Positions 1 through 13,649 of a DNA stretch of 64,000 nucleotides are shown piece after piece; the stretch's first letter is position 1, and the number at the start of each line of letters is the position of its first letter. Made by a program: the position numbers and the translations under genes. Under the pieces are notes generated by a model. That model was not told the DNA's origin and did not search any database. It saw only the letters and a list, made by a program, of their open reading frames with translations. This DNA comes from Ylistrum balloti (Eukaryota), in the NCBI RefSeq assembly GCF_031769215.1, contig NW_026782464.1, forward strand, positions 124,001 through 188,000. The letters are read 5' to 3'.

Positions 1-419
1 AAACTTTCAAATTCTTCTCATTGACCAAAACTTTCACTATCAATGATGTGAAATGTTGTTGTATTTGTGAAAAGCATTGAATATATGGTGAGCAATACAG
101 AGCCAATGGGCCTTTTGTTATTTTTATACTCTATATACAAATTAGACCTTATCCTAGTTTTTAAAGCATGAAACACTAATTGTTGTGTACAGTCCTTTTT
201 TCTTACTTTAAAGAATATCAGGTTTATTTTAGTTACCATACAGTTAAATCTATGCCAATGAATGTTTTGGTAAAAACATTCACAAACCTGGTATTCAGCC
301 TGTGTCCATTTTCTCACTACAACATAACTTATTAAATTTATTACATGAAGTGTTTTTGAATCAGTGTGAGAAATGAAAGAGAGAACAAAAAGTACAAATA
401 AAGGTTACATGTAAGTCAG

Positions 420-1135
420 CCATTTTTGTTTGTTCTTATCAGTCCCCAAAATCAATAACTGGTGACCACGAGGAACCTACATTTGAAATTGGAGAAAGTT
501 CAATCCAGTACTTTATGAGAAAGAGTGATTACAAACTTTCCTTGTCAAAATACAAGATGGCTTACTTTCAGCAATTTCATTTTTCTGATCAGTCACAAAA
601 TCATATAGGATTATCTGCAGACCAAGGGGAACATGCGTATGAAATTTTAGAAAGATTAATCCATCCATTAATTTTCAAGAAATGGTGATAGCAATCTATG
701 ATGCCTGCCAGTCCTGTCAGACATTTTGATTCTCTGATCAGCCTCAAAATTATACAGGCACAACTAGGGATCAATGGGAATCCACAATATGAAATCTGGG
801 AAATATGCATTTAATACTTGTTAATGAATCATGTGATAATCAATCTTGGATAGTCAAAATCCAAGTTAGCCACCTGTCAACTATTTTCATTTCTGATCAG
901 TCCCAAAATCAAAAGAGCTTAACTAGAAATCGAGGAAAACCTGTATATGGACTTTGAGATGATTTGTTTAGTACTTCTCAAGAAATAGTAATAATAAGCT
1001 TTAAAAGTCAAAATCCAAGATGGCTGTCTGTCGGCCATTTTGTTTTTCTGATCAGTTCTAAAATCAAAATATGGATTTTATATATGAAATTTTAGAAAGA
1101 TCAATACAGTGCTTTTCAAGATATAGTAATAACAA
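420..1135. repeat. Degenerate tandem repeat, about 150-158 bp unit, about 5 copies
   Basis: Anchor motif (T/C)TGATCAGT..CAAAAT(C/T)A recurs at about 434, 583, 731, 890 and 1045. CAAGATGGC motifs accompany some units. Copies are strongly diverged. Confidence 0.55.
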
Positions 1136-2549
1136 GAATTGTTTATGGACCATGGATGTTGGGCAATTAGAATAACCCACCATCTGATGATGGTGGTCTA
1201 ATAACGAAGGATACTGAATCCTTCTTTGCTGGAACTCCGCACTTAAAGTGTATATACTCTCCTAAACTGTATATTCTGGGCAGTTTTGAAGTTTTATAGC
1301 CCAGCACCATCATGAAGATTAAAGGCTATAAGATAAAGGTGTTGACAATTAAATACTACATGTATGTCTGCAGGACTTCAGTGGTTAGTTGGCTGTTAAG
1401 GTAATACAACACAATAGCGAAGCAAAGTGAAACAAATTTGATGTTTTAGTAAGTTGGTACCTGCAGACCAAAGAAAATAATAAAATATGAATGGCATGTT
1501 AATTTAACAGTATTTTCTCTTTGTTTGATGAAAAACTTCCTATAGAAAACAAAGAGAATATTTTCTATAGGTAATGTCCCTGCTATTTCAGTCTGTTGCA
1601 TCCCATTCCTAATTAATGTCATATCTTGAGAGCCTCTCAGAAGTTTTGGATCATATTTACTCCAAAGTGTCATAACATCATATCAAGCTCTGCACCTCAT
1701 TATGTAAAGGTGGTCATCTATCAAGGTTACAAGGTCAAAGTTCATTACTTATGTAAATTCATTACACAATCATAGCTTATATGCAAGAGAGCATGGTCAT
1801 TATTCATGACTTTTTCTAGTTCAGTTCATTAATGGAAATGAATTATATAGGTTGGTGATGACAAAGTCCAGGATCAGTGTCTTCAGTCTGGACACAGGCA
1901 TGAGTCGTCCAATTTACAATAGACATAAACAGGTGTCTTACAGAATCAAACACAGAAAAATGTACATTACTAGACTGTTTCTGTCCTGCACTACTATACT
2001 TATCTGTTACCAGGGCTGTTTGTAAAGTATCATTTACGGTCACAGAAAAAATGTTCTTCAAAAACTGTTGCCTTGAAATGACTGCATCAAACCATTAATC
2101 GCTGTGTTGTAAGATTGACTACTATCTCTGAAGGTTTTGATTAATACCCAGCAACATCTGTCTACTAATTTATCTCCATGTGACGTGAAGATTAGGGCAG
2201 AATCAGATGTGTCTATACAATCAGAATGATCTTTTTTTTTTGATGAATTAAATATTCGAAAGACAGATGTCAAGATTTTTGAACAAGAGTGAGTTTAATA
2301 CCTATCATTTTCCATGTTATACTTACTCATTTCTAAATGACCAACTTTCTATCTGTATTTCAAATCTATAATATCCACTTCTTTTCTCATCCATCTTTAT
2401 GACAATGCAGTGTTAGAAAATTGAAACTCAAATACAGAGTGGTATAACATTTATTATAACAAATATATGAAAATAATATTTAAAAGATTTCATGATTATT
2501 TCTTCAAAAATATCACAAGAAAGACCAATGGCTTCATCACCTGTTGCTG

Positions 2550-4591
2550 TTAATGGCACGTTTTTCCAAAAAATGGAAGTTTAGCACAAGGGTTTTCTGG
2601 GGCTACTGTTGTGTCTGTTAAACCTTTTAACACAATTGTAATATTTCTATCCTTGGCCATCTCGGTCAAAGTTTCTACTCCTTCTGCCGACACCTTGTGG
2701 TCATATATATCCAAGTGTTCAAGTTTCGGACAATTCTTCACTAGACTTATTATTGCACTTTCTGATATAGTTTTTATCCAAGAAAGGTTAAGTTCCTTCA
2801 AGTTTTTAGCTGAACGCCATAAAGCACTCATAGATCGGTCTGTTAAATGTTTGCAGGCACACAAGTTTAAAGATTCCAAATGGGGAAGTTTCTGTAACGA
2901 AACAGAGAGAAATACTGAATTTACTTTCATTTTACATAATCAAATTATGGCATATTGTATAAAACAACATTTGCTTTGTGTCTCAAGCAATTTCAGATAC
3001 TAACACATTTATTGGCAGTTAACATGTGCCTTGTAAATAAGCCCATCAATATAACCTAAGTTTCAGTAGAGATACAGACAAATGATATGTCATTGTTGTT
3101 CTGTACTAAGCTCACTTCCATACTTTGAGCAAAACATATGCATGCTTCTTTTGAGGTGTCTTTGCTTTGATGTTCAATACTGAATTTTTTGAAAGTCCAT
3201 ACAATTTTGCAGAATATATTTAAACTAATGTTTTCATTAAGATTTATTGTTGATGATCAGCATTCTGAATTCAGTAACCAAATACTGAAAAATATCTATT
3301 TGTAACATTATCATCAACAACATAACAAATATGTTTACCTTAGCAAGTTGTTCCATTAAATTATCTGTCATTAAGTATCCACAATCTTTGAGGCTGAGAA
3401 TGCGGAGATGTGGACACGACTTCCAGACACTTCTTAGTGTTCCTTCGGTGAGGTAAATATTATCCAGATTAAGATGATGTAAAGTTGGAACAAGCAGCTG
3501 ACGAAATGCTGCATTGTTTAATTTCTTTTTTTTCTTCAGTCTATGGATCATGTTACTGTTAAAAAGTAAAAACAGCCTCATAAGCATACTCACTCTGTAA
3601 TCTTATAACAATCAGATTCAATTTCAATGATTTTAAGCCAACCCTCTGTGATAATAGCTTTATCTGGATAAATGGTACTAGTTTAATTTATCAACAGATA
3701 ACAATGTTGAATTACTTTTAATATTTGATTGTTGACTTCTGTACGACTACACTATACTATGTTTAAGAAATTGCCAGTTATATACTTACTTTATTAAATA
3801 CTCATCTGGGAAGTCTTCCAGGTCAAATAACTCCAGGTTATCCGACACATAGTCTAAACATGTGGACAGAAGTGTTGTAACATTGGTACCACTGTGACAT
3901 GGGTTCTACAATACAACAAGTGATGGTAATTGTCAATATCTGTACAACTAGACTTACTATAAATATTAATTTCAGTTATTCAAATATCTTTTTGCATAAA
4001 TCAATAATAGTTCTAATCATTTTCCAATATACTTACCACTTCGAAGTTTACACAGAAGCAAGCTCTGACCAAGGTTTTGCCGTTTTCCTCTTTGCGTTCA
4101 AATCGCTTGGCTCCTCTAGTGGAGAGGGACGAGTCCACTTCTGCCAGTATTTCTTCCCTGGTATCATGCCTCATCAGATTCAGTTCCACCACCTGGTCCA
4201 TGTCTACATATCCTACAAAATACACCACATTTTGGTAGAGATCATACATGTATTTGCTGGCAGCCTGATCATAACCATCACGTTAATCCAAATTTACATC
4301 CTGGTGAGCGATTTCCATATAATATCGCTTGGTCTGTGTCTCGAAAAATATACCCCTGATTTGAACACTGATTTAATGGGTGAAAATACATCTGTAAAAC
4401 CGATTCTGAATAAGAATACATATAACATACATTTAGATTGCTAAACGATACAAACCTCCCTCGTACACGTCCAGACCCTCTTTCACAGCGCCGTACCGAA
4501 GGAGGTAACACAGCCGCTTTGCCAAACGAGTATCTTCATTATCTTCAGAATTCATCTTTTTTTGCTTGCCAGTTTTTGTTGAACTCGACAT
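2550..4591 (-). CDS. 328-aa protein: degenerate Tpt1/KptA (2'-phosphotransferase) N-terminal lobe + BC-box-like motif + AMN1-like leucine-rich repeats; 5 coding exons
   Basis: Exons on the minus strand: 4591-4456, 4212-4037, 3905-3790, 3555-3339, 2891-2550. All introns are GT-AG with compatible phases (1,0,2,0) and the total is 987 nt. The N-terminus TRLAKRLCYLLRYGAVKEGLDVYEGGYVDMDQVV...AKRFERKEENGKTLVRAC matches TRPT1 SKALSYALRHGA..GL....DGFV....KQRF....LIRANQGHS. It is followed by TLLSTCLDYV (BC-box consensus) and LRRs such as LHHLNLDN, CPHLRILSLKDC, LPHLESLNLCAC and CPKLEHLDIYD. An AG acceptor directly precedes the ATG, so a 5' UTR intron is likely. Confidence 0.85.
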
Positions 4592-7500
4592 CTGTTGGCT
4601 AGGTTATTTTAAAAATAAAAATTGGTGACAGTTCTATATTATCGTTTGCTGAAACATATAGATAGATTAATGGTACTTTTCTTCATCCAAACGACACTTC
4701 ATATATGCATAACTTTTGCCAGAATATTTATACGTCTAGAGCATTTCACAACAGTATAACACCACCGGAAGTAGTGAGGCCAGATGAAACTATTATTTAT
4801 GTTGTGCAATAGACCAACTTGAATTTAGGTAATTATACATTCCCCTAAACATCCAAACATATAATCATTTAGGGAGTCAATATCCGTCAGTGTGTCCAAT
4901 TGTCATCATTATTTATCGCGTTATTCAAATACATGTATGATATATTGTGTGATGTGACAGATATTCAGGCAAACAAGGCCGATAACTCCCACCGACTTCA
5001 AATTCACGATTGCGCAATCATGTGCATGTGTTCAAAAGACCCGGTCGCAAGAGAAAAGAATCATTTGAAGTTAAGATTTTTCGCATTTAAATAAATAAAC
5101 GAATCTATATATCCTCAAATGGATATTTCTTTATGCAGGAAACATTTACATATACAAATTAATACGTATATGACACAAACAAAGAATAGAACGCATGCAC
5201 AATGCATTTTCATATACACACGATGGACGATAATTTTGTTATGCAGACCACTCGCATTGCTAGAACTTCTGTTATGATTGGAAGGGTAATTGGTCCTATT
5301 TATAGTCTTTTCATAAACAAATAAGCAGAAATAAACATATTTGGAACGGCGCGTTTAAGATTTTCCCTTTGTATATATAAAATACAAAAGGCGAGTCCAC
5401 ATCAAGTCTTCAAAACAAAGCCAAGTGTGAATTCCCTGGAAAGCCTTCATTGTCACATGAACAAAGCTCCCTGACATGTGTTCTCTTTCTCTCCTTCTCT
5501 CTTTTTCTAATCCCATATACTGTTACGGTATACTGTTTTTATTTGCAATAAGGGTTCCTTGTGAACGCAGGTTGACCGTGTTCCTATTGTTTGTCATTTA
5601 TTTACGATTTTCCGTTATTTTCTGTGCGTGAGATTAAGCGATTCCAACAGGGACCGTTTGTTAATACGTTTATTTATTTTTTATTAACTACTGTTAATTG
5701 CATTTGTTTTCGGCTAACATACAAAGGTTTTTCGGACAGTGGAAGAAAGTCAGGTGCGGAGCTAGTAAAAATAAATTAACTAAAAAATTAAAAAGATATT
5801 TTGTAGAGATGGAAAGACGGAAGGGGATAATGGCTGGTAGGTGTGGTATTACAAACATGTGCGCTTAAGCACGACGATCATGTAAGAGACTGGAAGCTGA
5901 TGTAATGAAAATTACAACTTTATGAATGCATTATTTTATCTGTGCATACTGTAGGTAATATATATATAACAATTTATATATTTGATTGACTTTTGTCCCA
6001 TTTTCTTCTATTTTAACGCATTTAACAGGAAGTGTCTCTCCTTTACTATCATTCTGAGCTTCGTGATGAATAAGGATTTAACATCTAGATTAATTAATTA
6101 ATATTAAGTAAATATGCTTTTATATACAGAATAACCTGATTGTCAACTTTATCTCGTCTGCTGAAAGGTCATTACATCGGACATTACACCTGTTAAATAA
6201 GTGAATAAATAAACGGATAATTAAATAAAGTCAATTATATATATTGAAATGTTGTTATTACTGATCTTACCAAAATGTATTTTTGTTTATTTAATGAAAA
6301 AAATGTATGAATAAATCTTTCGACAACATATCTACATTTTGAATTGGATTTTGAAATAGATCACATTTTCAAAATAGATGTACAATAGTTTCCTTTTCTG
6401 TGTTAAAGAGGTTGTAGAGAGGTTGCAGGAGTTTTTAATCTCCGCAGATAAACACGCGTAGTATATCTGTACCATCAAAACTATCTTACCGGCTAGTGGT
6501 TAGGATACTATCCGAAGGCCTCAGATTTGTTGTGTTCGTTTCTAGAAAAACAATTCGGTACATTAGCGCAAGTCAGAGACAGATACAGGGATACAATGCT
6601 TCTCTCACAAAGCATTTCAAGCATAATTTGACTTTGTCTCGTCGACTTAGAAGCCTATATTCAGACCTCCACATATTATTGCAGTATCATTTTTGATATA
6701 TCTTATCATAAGTTACGTTAGTTGAAGACAGTAAAACCCCTATGCTTTTAATGTTTGTAAGAATTGACTTTAACAACAATGTTCTCTCTCACGAGGATAC
6801 AAACCCAACTGGAGCTTCTTCAAGACATATTACAATTTCCGCTATACCTGTGAGCTTTAACTTTAAAATCGCTGTGCTTTTGATTTAACACAAAGGGAAT
6901 TAGTTATATTTCATCAGTGTTCACATAACATACATATGTCTGACTTGTCCAATACCTTTTCATGTAAGTCTTTCTATACATTACCATTCCTCTTTCCCCG
7001 ACATTCCAAGCTGATATATGCAGCAAACACATCAAAAATGAAAGACACAAAACTGTCTGGAAATAGATAACAATCATCAACGATAACTAGACAAAGAATC
7101 GTGTTTGGTCAAAATACCTAGCGTGTTAAATATGGATTCCAGACTCGCCAGACTTCTGACAAAAAGTCGTCTTTCTTTTCCATTCTGCCATAGTCACAAC
7201 TGCCAATGTTTAACTTCAATGTACTACCAGGAAAAAGGATATTTGCGTAGTACTTTAAGATGAGAAACAGTTACCCCTATTTAATTATATCTTTTGACAT
7301 CACTTGTAATAATTTTTATTGATTGTTAGTTTCCACGGAATACCAAAGTATTTTATTCTGTTTGTTAAGTTTCTGATGCCTTTTTGCTGTGGTTGTGGTG
7401 ATAAGACCATTTTACACATATCCGTAGTAAGGCACTGTTCTTACTTGATGCGATGTTGTCACTTCCGGTTGCGGCAGATGTTGGCTATGGGTTGTCAGTA

Positions 7501-8055
7501 GTAGGCATCTTCATATGACTTGTGCCCAATCCATTTGTCTTGTTTTTTTGGCAATAAAATATGTTTAAACTAAACTAAGTAGGCATTACCATATTGTCTT
7601 CAGTCTCTTCAAATGCGTTCTCGCAGAAAGTGGGTATTACACTGGGTGCTCCATTCCCCATAGTTATCTATGTGGACCTTGATCCCGGTCACTACTCAAT
7701 CGATTAATTGAACTTGTTGTTAGAAGCTTATCTGACGAGTTAGTGTACGATAAGTAGTGATATGATTCGTGACATTACCTGTTTCATAAGTTCGTTAATT
7801 TCCTTCTCTTGGCTTTTCAGAAAACTGTTGCTTGATTTTCAAATATGTGGCCCATGGTTATTTCCAAATGATTTATAAGGAACCTTCTGTAGACCCAGCA
7901 ATTTATCTTTCAAACGGTCAGATTTATTTTTTTGAAAATCTACACAAACATCCTTTCACCGCTGTAACCATACCTATCACACCTTTTATTATTATCGAAA
8001 TATCATCTATCGTCCCTGTGATGCTTCCACTCCAGACTTAAACGAAACACAAGCC

Positions 8056-8965
8056 ATATCATCCCTGTGGTGTTCCTACCCCAGTTACCTACGAATTATC
8101 AGCCGTACCGTCCCGGCGGTGTTCTCACAGCCCAGCTATCAACGAAAAATCAGCCTTATCATCCCTGTGGTGTTCTCACCTCAGCTATTAACAAAATATC
8201 AACCTTATCATCCCTGTGGTGTTCTCACCTCAGCTATTAACAAAATATCAGCCTTATCATCCCTGTGGTGTTCTCACCTCAGCTATTAACAAAATATCAG
8301 CCTTATCATCCCTGTGGTGTTCTCACCTCAGCTATTAACAAAATATCAGCCTTATCATCCCTGTGGTGTTTTCACCTCAGCTATTAACAAAATATCAGCC
8401 TTATCATCCCTGTGGTGTTCTCACCTCAGCTATTAACAAAATATCAGCCTTATCATCCCTGTGGTGTTCTCACCTCAGCTATTAACAAAATATCAGCCTT
8501 ATCATCCCTGTGGTGTTCTCACCTCAGCTATTAACAAAATATCAGCCTTATCATCCCTGTGGTGTTCTCACCTCAGCTATTAACAAAATATCAGCCTTAT
8601 CATCCCTGTGGTGTTCTCACCTCAGCTATTAACAAAATATCAGCCTTATCATCCCTGTGGTGTTCTCACCTCAGCTATTAACAAAATATCAGCCTTATCA
8701 TCCCTGTGGTGTTCTCACCTCAGCTATTAACAAAATATCAGCCTTATCATCCCTGTGGTGTTCTCATCTCAGCTATTAACAAAATATCAGCCTTATCATC
8801 CCTGTGGTGTTCTCACCTCAGCTATTAACAAAATATCAGCCTTATCATCCCTGTGGTGTTCCTACTCCAGTTACCAACGATTTATCAACCTATTATGTGG
8901 TTTTCCCATTTTAGCCACAAACCATCCCTGTGGTGTTCTCACCCCGTTATCAACGAATTATCAAA
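8056..8965. repeat. Minisatellite, 49-bp unit (ATCATCCCTGTGGTGTTCTCACCTCAGCTATTAACAAAATATCAGCCTT), about 14 near-perfect copies plus degenerate edge copies
   Basis: A period of 49 can be read directly (unit starts at 8158, 8207, 8256 ... 8844). Confidence 0.95.
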
Positions 8966-9779
8966 CTATCATGTAGTTTCTCCGTCTCAGCTACAAATGA
9001 ACAATCAACTATACCATTTGATATATAAAGTATTGTACAAAAGAAACACACAAGCTTAGCACATTGTAATACAAATTCAGAATTATATACAAGCTGACAG
9101 CTTAACAATGAAGTGAACTGCAGTATACGCTTGGTTCGTGATTCTTGTACTTGTAAAAGATACAGATATTGAGTCGCAGGATGAATTTTATGAAACCTAT
9201 AAGACACAAGAGGCTTTCCAGCAAGGACATGAAAACACAATTCAGTGTAAGTGGATATCGAATAATGCGGAAATATTAACCTCCTATTTTTTAAATATTT
9301 GAAAATCTGAAAGAGGAAGATTCTTGAGTAACAGCCATCAACTTTATTTGTTTAGGGGTACTTTAAGTATTGCTAAATGATAAGGTAACTAGATAAATAT
9401 TTCTGACGATGAAATTCAAATACGAATAAATCTTAAGGAACTATTTATTACGCAAAGATAAATTGTCCAAATTATTACACATACACAAATTGCTCGATTA
9501 CATGAATACAATACATAGACATACTTTCTTTATCCCTCATACTAAAGATTTTACAGGTACAATTTTATGTTGTCAATCTTTTTATTTTACAATTTGATTC
9601 AGTTATTAATTTCTCTTTATTATGTACATGATTTGCAATGCTTAGCATCAGAGTCGACCAACACTTTTATCAAGGGTTATATCGCTTTTGTAATCGAGAA
9701 TAAAGTTAGATTTTTTAATGGTCTGTTCAATTGGCAAAGAAAACATATTCGTGAACATCTAAGAATTAACGAGACAATC

Positions 9780-10155
9780 TAATAATTTGTCCTGATTGAT
9801 AGATAGACCTGGGCACTGAACAAGAAAGTGAAAGGTTATGTGATTAGTGCGCTTTTCACACAATTTACATTTCGATAGGACAACTTTATAAGCTCTCCTA
9901 TCTCATCTCTAATGCATTGCTTGCTGAGTAGTTTGTTCCAAAACATGAGCTTCATCAATTCAGCTTCACCGCAGATGTCAGTTAGTCTGATCACTCGTAT
10001 AGTAACTAATGTCGGGGATCTTTTCACGAAACCTTGACATCTTCCAGCTGCATGTCTTTGAGTAATACGGAGTTCTTCCAACGAGCGAGTAATGGGAGGT
10101 CCCCAGAGCTCGTCACCATAAAGAATTCCTGATTGAACAACCGACTCCACAAGTT
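9780..10155 (-). mobile_element. Non-LTR retrotransposon (LINE) fragment, region C-terminal to the RT domain
   Basis: ORF 9836-10150, SGILYGDELWG...LRITQRHAAGRCQGF...KLMFWNKLL, resembles the ILYGxELW...QRxAxKxIQG...KLxFxxRL tract of LINE ORF2. It abuts the start of the otopetrin A duplicated block. Confidence 0.7.
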
Positions 10156-10468
10156 AACCACTAATAAGAGGGCTCATTCCTTCATCATGTACCATGTTCA
10201 ATTACACTAATAACATAGACACATTGTCCACATTGATAAACATTGACAAATTGTCCAATCACATCGATATGGGTAGATGAAATATCCATTAACATTACAA
10301 AAACTAATTTAAAGTTGTAACTGTGGCGGGAAGCATTCTGGTATATCAAGAATTGACAAATCTGAACAAAATATCGTACATATTTTATCTAAGTCCCTAA
10401 ATGAATAAAACACAACATCGTTACTCTTCAAAGAAGATAAAATACATGTAAAAGAAAAAAAAATGTTT

Positions 10469-12034
10469 TTAGGCATTGTATTTTCCGAAGGTTGCATAAT
10501 ATTCCAAAAAAGATGTGAATCTAAAGAAGACAGACACGGGGAGAAAAATTTCATACACAACATTTAGTAAGTCTTTGGAAAAATCATCATGTTCCAGTAT
10601 CCGATTGACTGGAAACTCAGTTATAAGAAAGCTGTCGTTGAACCAGAACATAAAGTTGCTTATCATTGTAAATATCAGAACTGATTCAAGCAAATTGATG
10701 TTTGACCGAGGGTCACATTTCTTACATCGGTTAGCATGCAAAAGAAAGACAACCTGGAGATAGTCCTGGAATATGCTGATGATGCTTGTGGACATGAGCA
10801 TTTTTGCTGAAATATCTGAAGATACGTCACCGCCTATACATTCGCAGATATGCATCATAAATAATCCAAACGCCGACAGTAAATAGACGTGCTCCCATGT
10901 CTTCAGACCTTGCGAAGATCTGTCAGGACTACAGTACTGAACTAAACAAAAGAAACCAATGAAGATTGCGAGAACAATCATAGCCTTTAACACTAATTCA
11001 TACACTTCAGAGACATATCTCATACTGTTTACGTCTCCTATATCCATCGCCATGACAACATAACAAACAACTTGCCCAAGTCCCAATGCAATACTTATAA
11101 TCAGGGTAATTAACTGACATGCCGTTCGTCTGCCTTCATTTCTCGAGTGTTCCGTCGTTGTTTCAGATGACAGAAGTGACGATCTCTCTGAATCATTTAT
11201 GTCGCTTATTTCTATGTACGGCACTTCACCATTAGGATGTTGTACTTTTGTGGGAGACCAAATTTCCAGAAGAATCGTACAGGACAGCAAAACGAACTCT
11301 GTAAAATTTGGTCGTAGAATCGAGCTTGATTTTTCAAGAAGTAAAATCATGGTGCTGTTGTTTTTTAAACAGCGTGCTATATCATTGTCAGGGTCGATAT
11401 CTATAATTGTAGATAGAGTATTGCCCATAATGTTGACGTACACAAAAATGGAAACATTTCCAGCTAGCAGCATAGACATTGTACAATTAACTAGATCAGT
11501 TGGTTCCAGTTCGTATGGTGAAAAGTACGTTATGAAAATCATCTGTATGAAAAGACATATGATCAATAAAGTGTTGAAGAAGAGCACTATGTTCCAGAAA
11601 TATCCTCCAGATATGTATATGGAACATTCAATTTGCTTGGCCAGGAGGAAACCACAATAAAAAACTGTTGCTAAGCCAAACATCCAGAGGAATATTACCT
11701 GTAATTTGGGAGTGCTTGTGTTTCGTTTTGCTGCAACAATGGACTGCAGGCCATGTTTATTAACCAAGTATCCAAGGACAAAGATACACGTCATAGCGGT
11801 AATCATGAGTAATGTGAGGAGAAGAAGAACAAATCCCAAACGAATTTGTGTGTGTGAAGGTATCCGTTTGCTGGCGGTGAACACTATCACTATAGCAAAG
11901 ACGACCAAGAACAAAACACGTGAAGAGATAAGACAGTCATAATACCGGGATCCATTCCGTCGTGTTCGGCAATTTCCGGCCATGAAGGGCAGGACCACCA
12001 CGGACGTCAGCAGCTTCCCACACCAGGAGTCCAT
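10469..12034 (-). CDS. OTOP: Otopetrin-family proton channel, paralog A copy 1 (521 aa, single coding exon)
   Basis: Multi-pass hydrophobic ORF with otopetrin motifs FIQMIFI, LAGNVS, PNFTEFVLL..ILLEIW, FQDYLQVVFL, ISNFMFWFNDSF and PVSVFFRF. A splice acceptor (ttattacag) lies just upstream of the ATG. Confidence 0.85.
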   Translation of the reverse strand: MDSWCGKLLTSVVVLPFMAGNCRTRRNGSRYYDCLISSRVLFLVVFAIVIVFTASKRIPSHTQIRLGFVLLLLTLLMITAMTCIFVLGYLVNKHGLQSIVAAKRNTSTPKLQVIFLWMFGLATVFYCGFLLAKQIECSIYISGGYFWNIVLFFNTLLIICLFIQMIFITYFSPYELEPTDLVNCTMSMLLAGNVSIFVYVNIMGNTLSTIIDIDPDNDIARCLKNNSTMILLLEKSSSILRPNFTEFVLLSCTILLEIWSPTKVQHPNGEVPYIEISDINDSERSSLLSSETTTEHSRNEGRRTACQLITLIISIALGLGQVVCYVVMAMDIGDVNSMRYVSEVYELVLKAMIVLAIFIGFFCLVQYCSPDRSSQGLKTWEHVYLLSAFGLFMMHICECIGGDVSSDISAKMLMSTSIISIFQDYLQVVFLLHANRCKKCDPRSNINLLESVLIFTMISNFMFWFNDSFLITEFPVNRILEHDDFSKDLLNVVYEIFLPVSVFFRFTSFLEYYATFGKYNA

Positions 12035-12176
12035 TGTACAGAGTCTGTAATAAAAATGTGAGTTAAGTAGACCTTTCCATACCGAAGTAGCGATTAGCTT
12101 CTGGCTATGATCGTCTCTTTATCCATAATGACAAAAGGAAAATACATACCGATTATTAAAGTGTAACTTACTATAT

Positions 12177-12330
12177 NNNNNNNNNNNNNNNNNNNNNNNN
12201 NNNNNNNNNNNNNNNNNNNNNNNNNNNNNNNNNNNNNNNNNNNNNNNNNNNNNNNNNNNNNNNNNNNNNNNNNNNNNNNNNNNNNNNNNNNNNNNNNNNN
12301 NNNNNNNNNNNNNNNNNNNNNNNNNNNNNN
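12177..12330. other. Assembly gap (154 N)
   Basis: Run of N in the sequence. Confidence 1.
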
Positions 12331-13649
12331 TTAAAATATACAAGTAGATGCACGATTGTCCAGTTGTTGGTCCAAACGCTGTTTCAATACAACAAACAGG
12401 ATGGTGTGTGAGAGACTGGTTTTAAGTTACGATAAGGACAAACAGACCAGGAAGTTTTTGTGGGGATTTCCATCTTCCTTTTTCCTTCGTCACGCTGAGC
12501 AAGTATGTTATTATAGAGTGCATGTTTTAAGATATGCTTTCAATCTAGAATGGTGATATAAACGCATATAAATTAAAATGATGAAGTCGTTATATAAACA
12601 CTTACACGTGTACATCACTATCAGGCAGTCAGAAAATGTAATAATAACATGAACAGTAGTAAATGATGCCAAGCTGCGTTAGAGATATGGATAGTATATT
12701 AATACATTTACGTTTCAGAATTTTAAAATGAATTTGATGAATAGGAAAGAATTCTCCTTTAAAAACCTATTGTGATACTGACTTAATCTTTCCTTGTATA
12801 TGTTTGAGATTTACATCAGTCGAGGGCTGGCATTCTGCAGCAAAATTTGATTCGATCTAAGATATGTAGAATATCAAACTGAGTCACATATATCCGTCAG
12901 TTGTGTGTACATGTAATAGACGTTTTGTCGAACAAGTTTGTGGCAAACATTTCCAAATTCTTCGATTCGACTGAATCTTCTTGTTTTCTGGCTCTGTCAG
13001 CAATTCCGTTGGGTATGACATCACTTTGTCAATGACCTCAATTGTCCCCAGATAATACCATCTCAATAATTGGCATTTTTTAGCTTTATAATAAATGGTG
13101 GATTACCTGAACGCCAACTCTGCTTAAAAACATATTTACACATGTGGTCAGTTGTAATGATAGTGAGTTATATTGCAGAAATGACGTAAAGGTTATCTGT
13201 AAAGGTAAATTGTACTGGTAAATCAGATTCTGATAACTAAGTAAATAATAAATAGCTGCAAGTATTTTGCAGTTTTCATTGACACGTTTTACCACTGAAA
13301 TATATATGCTATTATTTATGTAATGATGGCATTTGTACAATATATACACCTCATCAAGCATTTTTTTTATTGTGAAAAGATAATCAGCATTAGTATAATG
13401 GAAAGTAACTGCCAAATATATATTTCAGTTTAAGAATAAATCTGGATATACTTCTGTTACGATGTCTCATTAGTCAACATTGGCTGGATATCAATCTGTA
13501 TTCTATCATCATCAGTGTTATAAGAATAAACAATGTTGAATATTTTACAAGATAAACACAAGTGAATAACACTTTTTCAATACAAAGTTTTAGAGTAAGA
13601 TACATATATTGTATATATGTATATATTGTGTTTGCTCCGTTTCTTCTTC

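Noticed and set aside
1851-2288. + strand AG...GT-bounded segment as a coding exon
   Set aside because: Stops in all three + frames.
2611-4444. + strand ORFs of 130 and 181 aa
   Set aside because: Antisense to the Tpt1-LRR exons and introns, with no recognisable domain.
6400-8040. Coding-like decayed tract on the minus strand
   Set aside because: Many stops in all frames and no recognisable motif.
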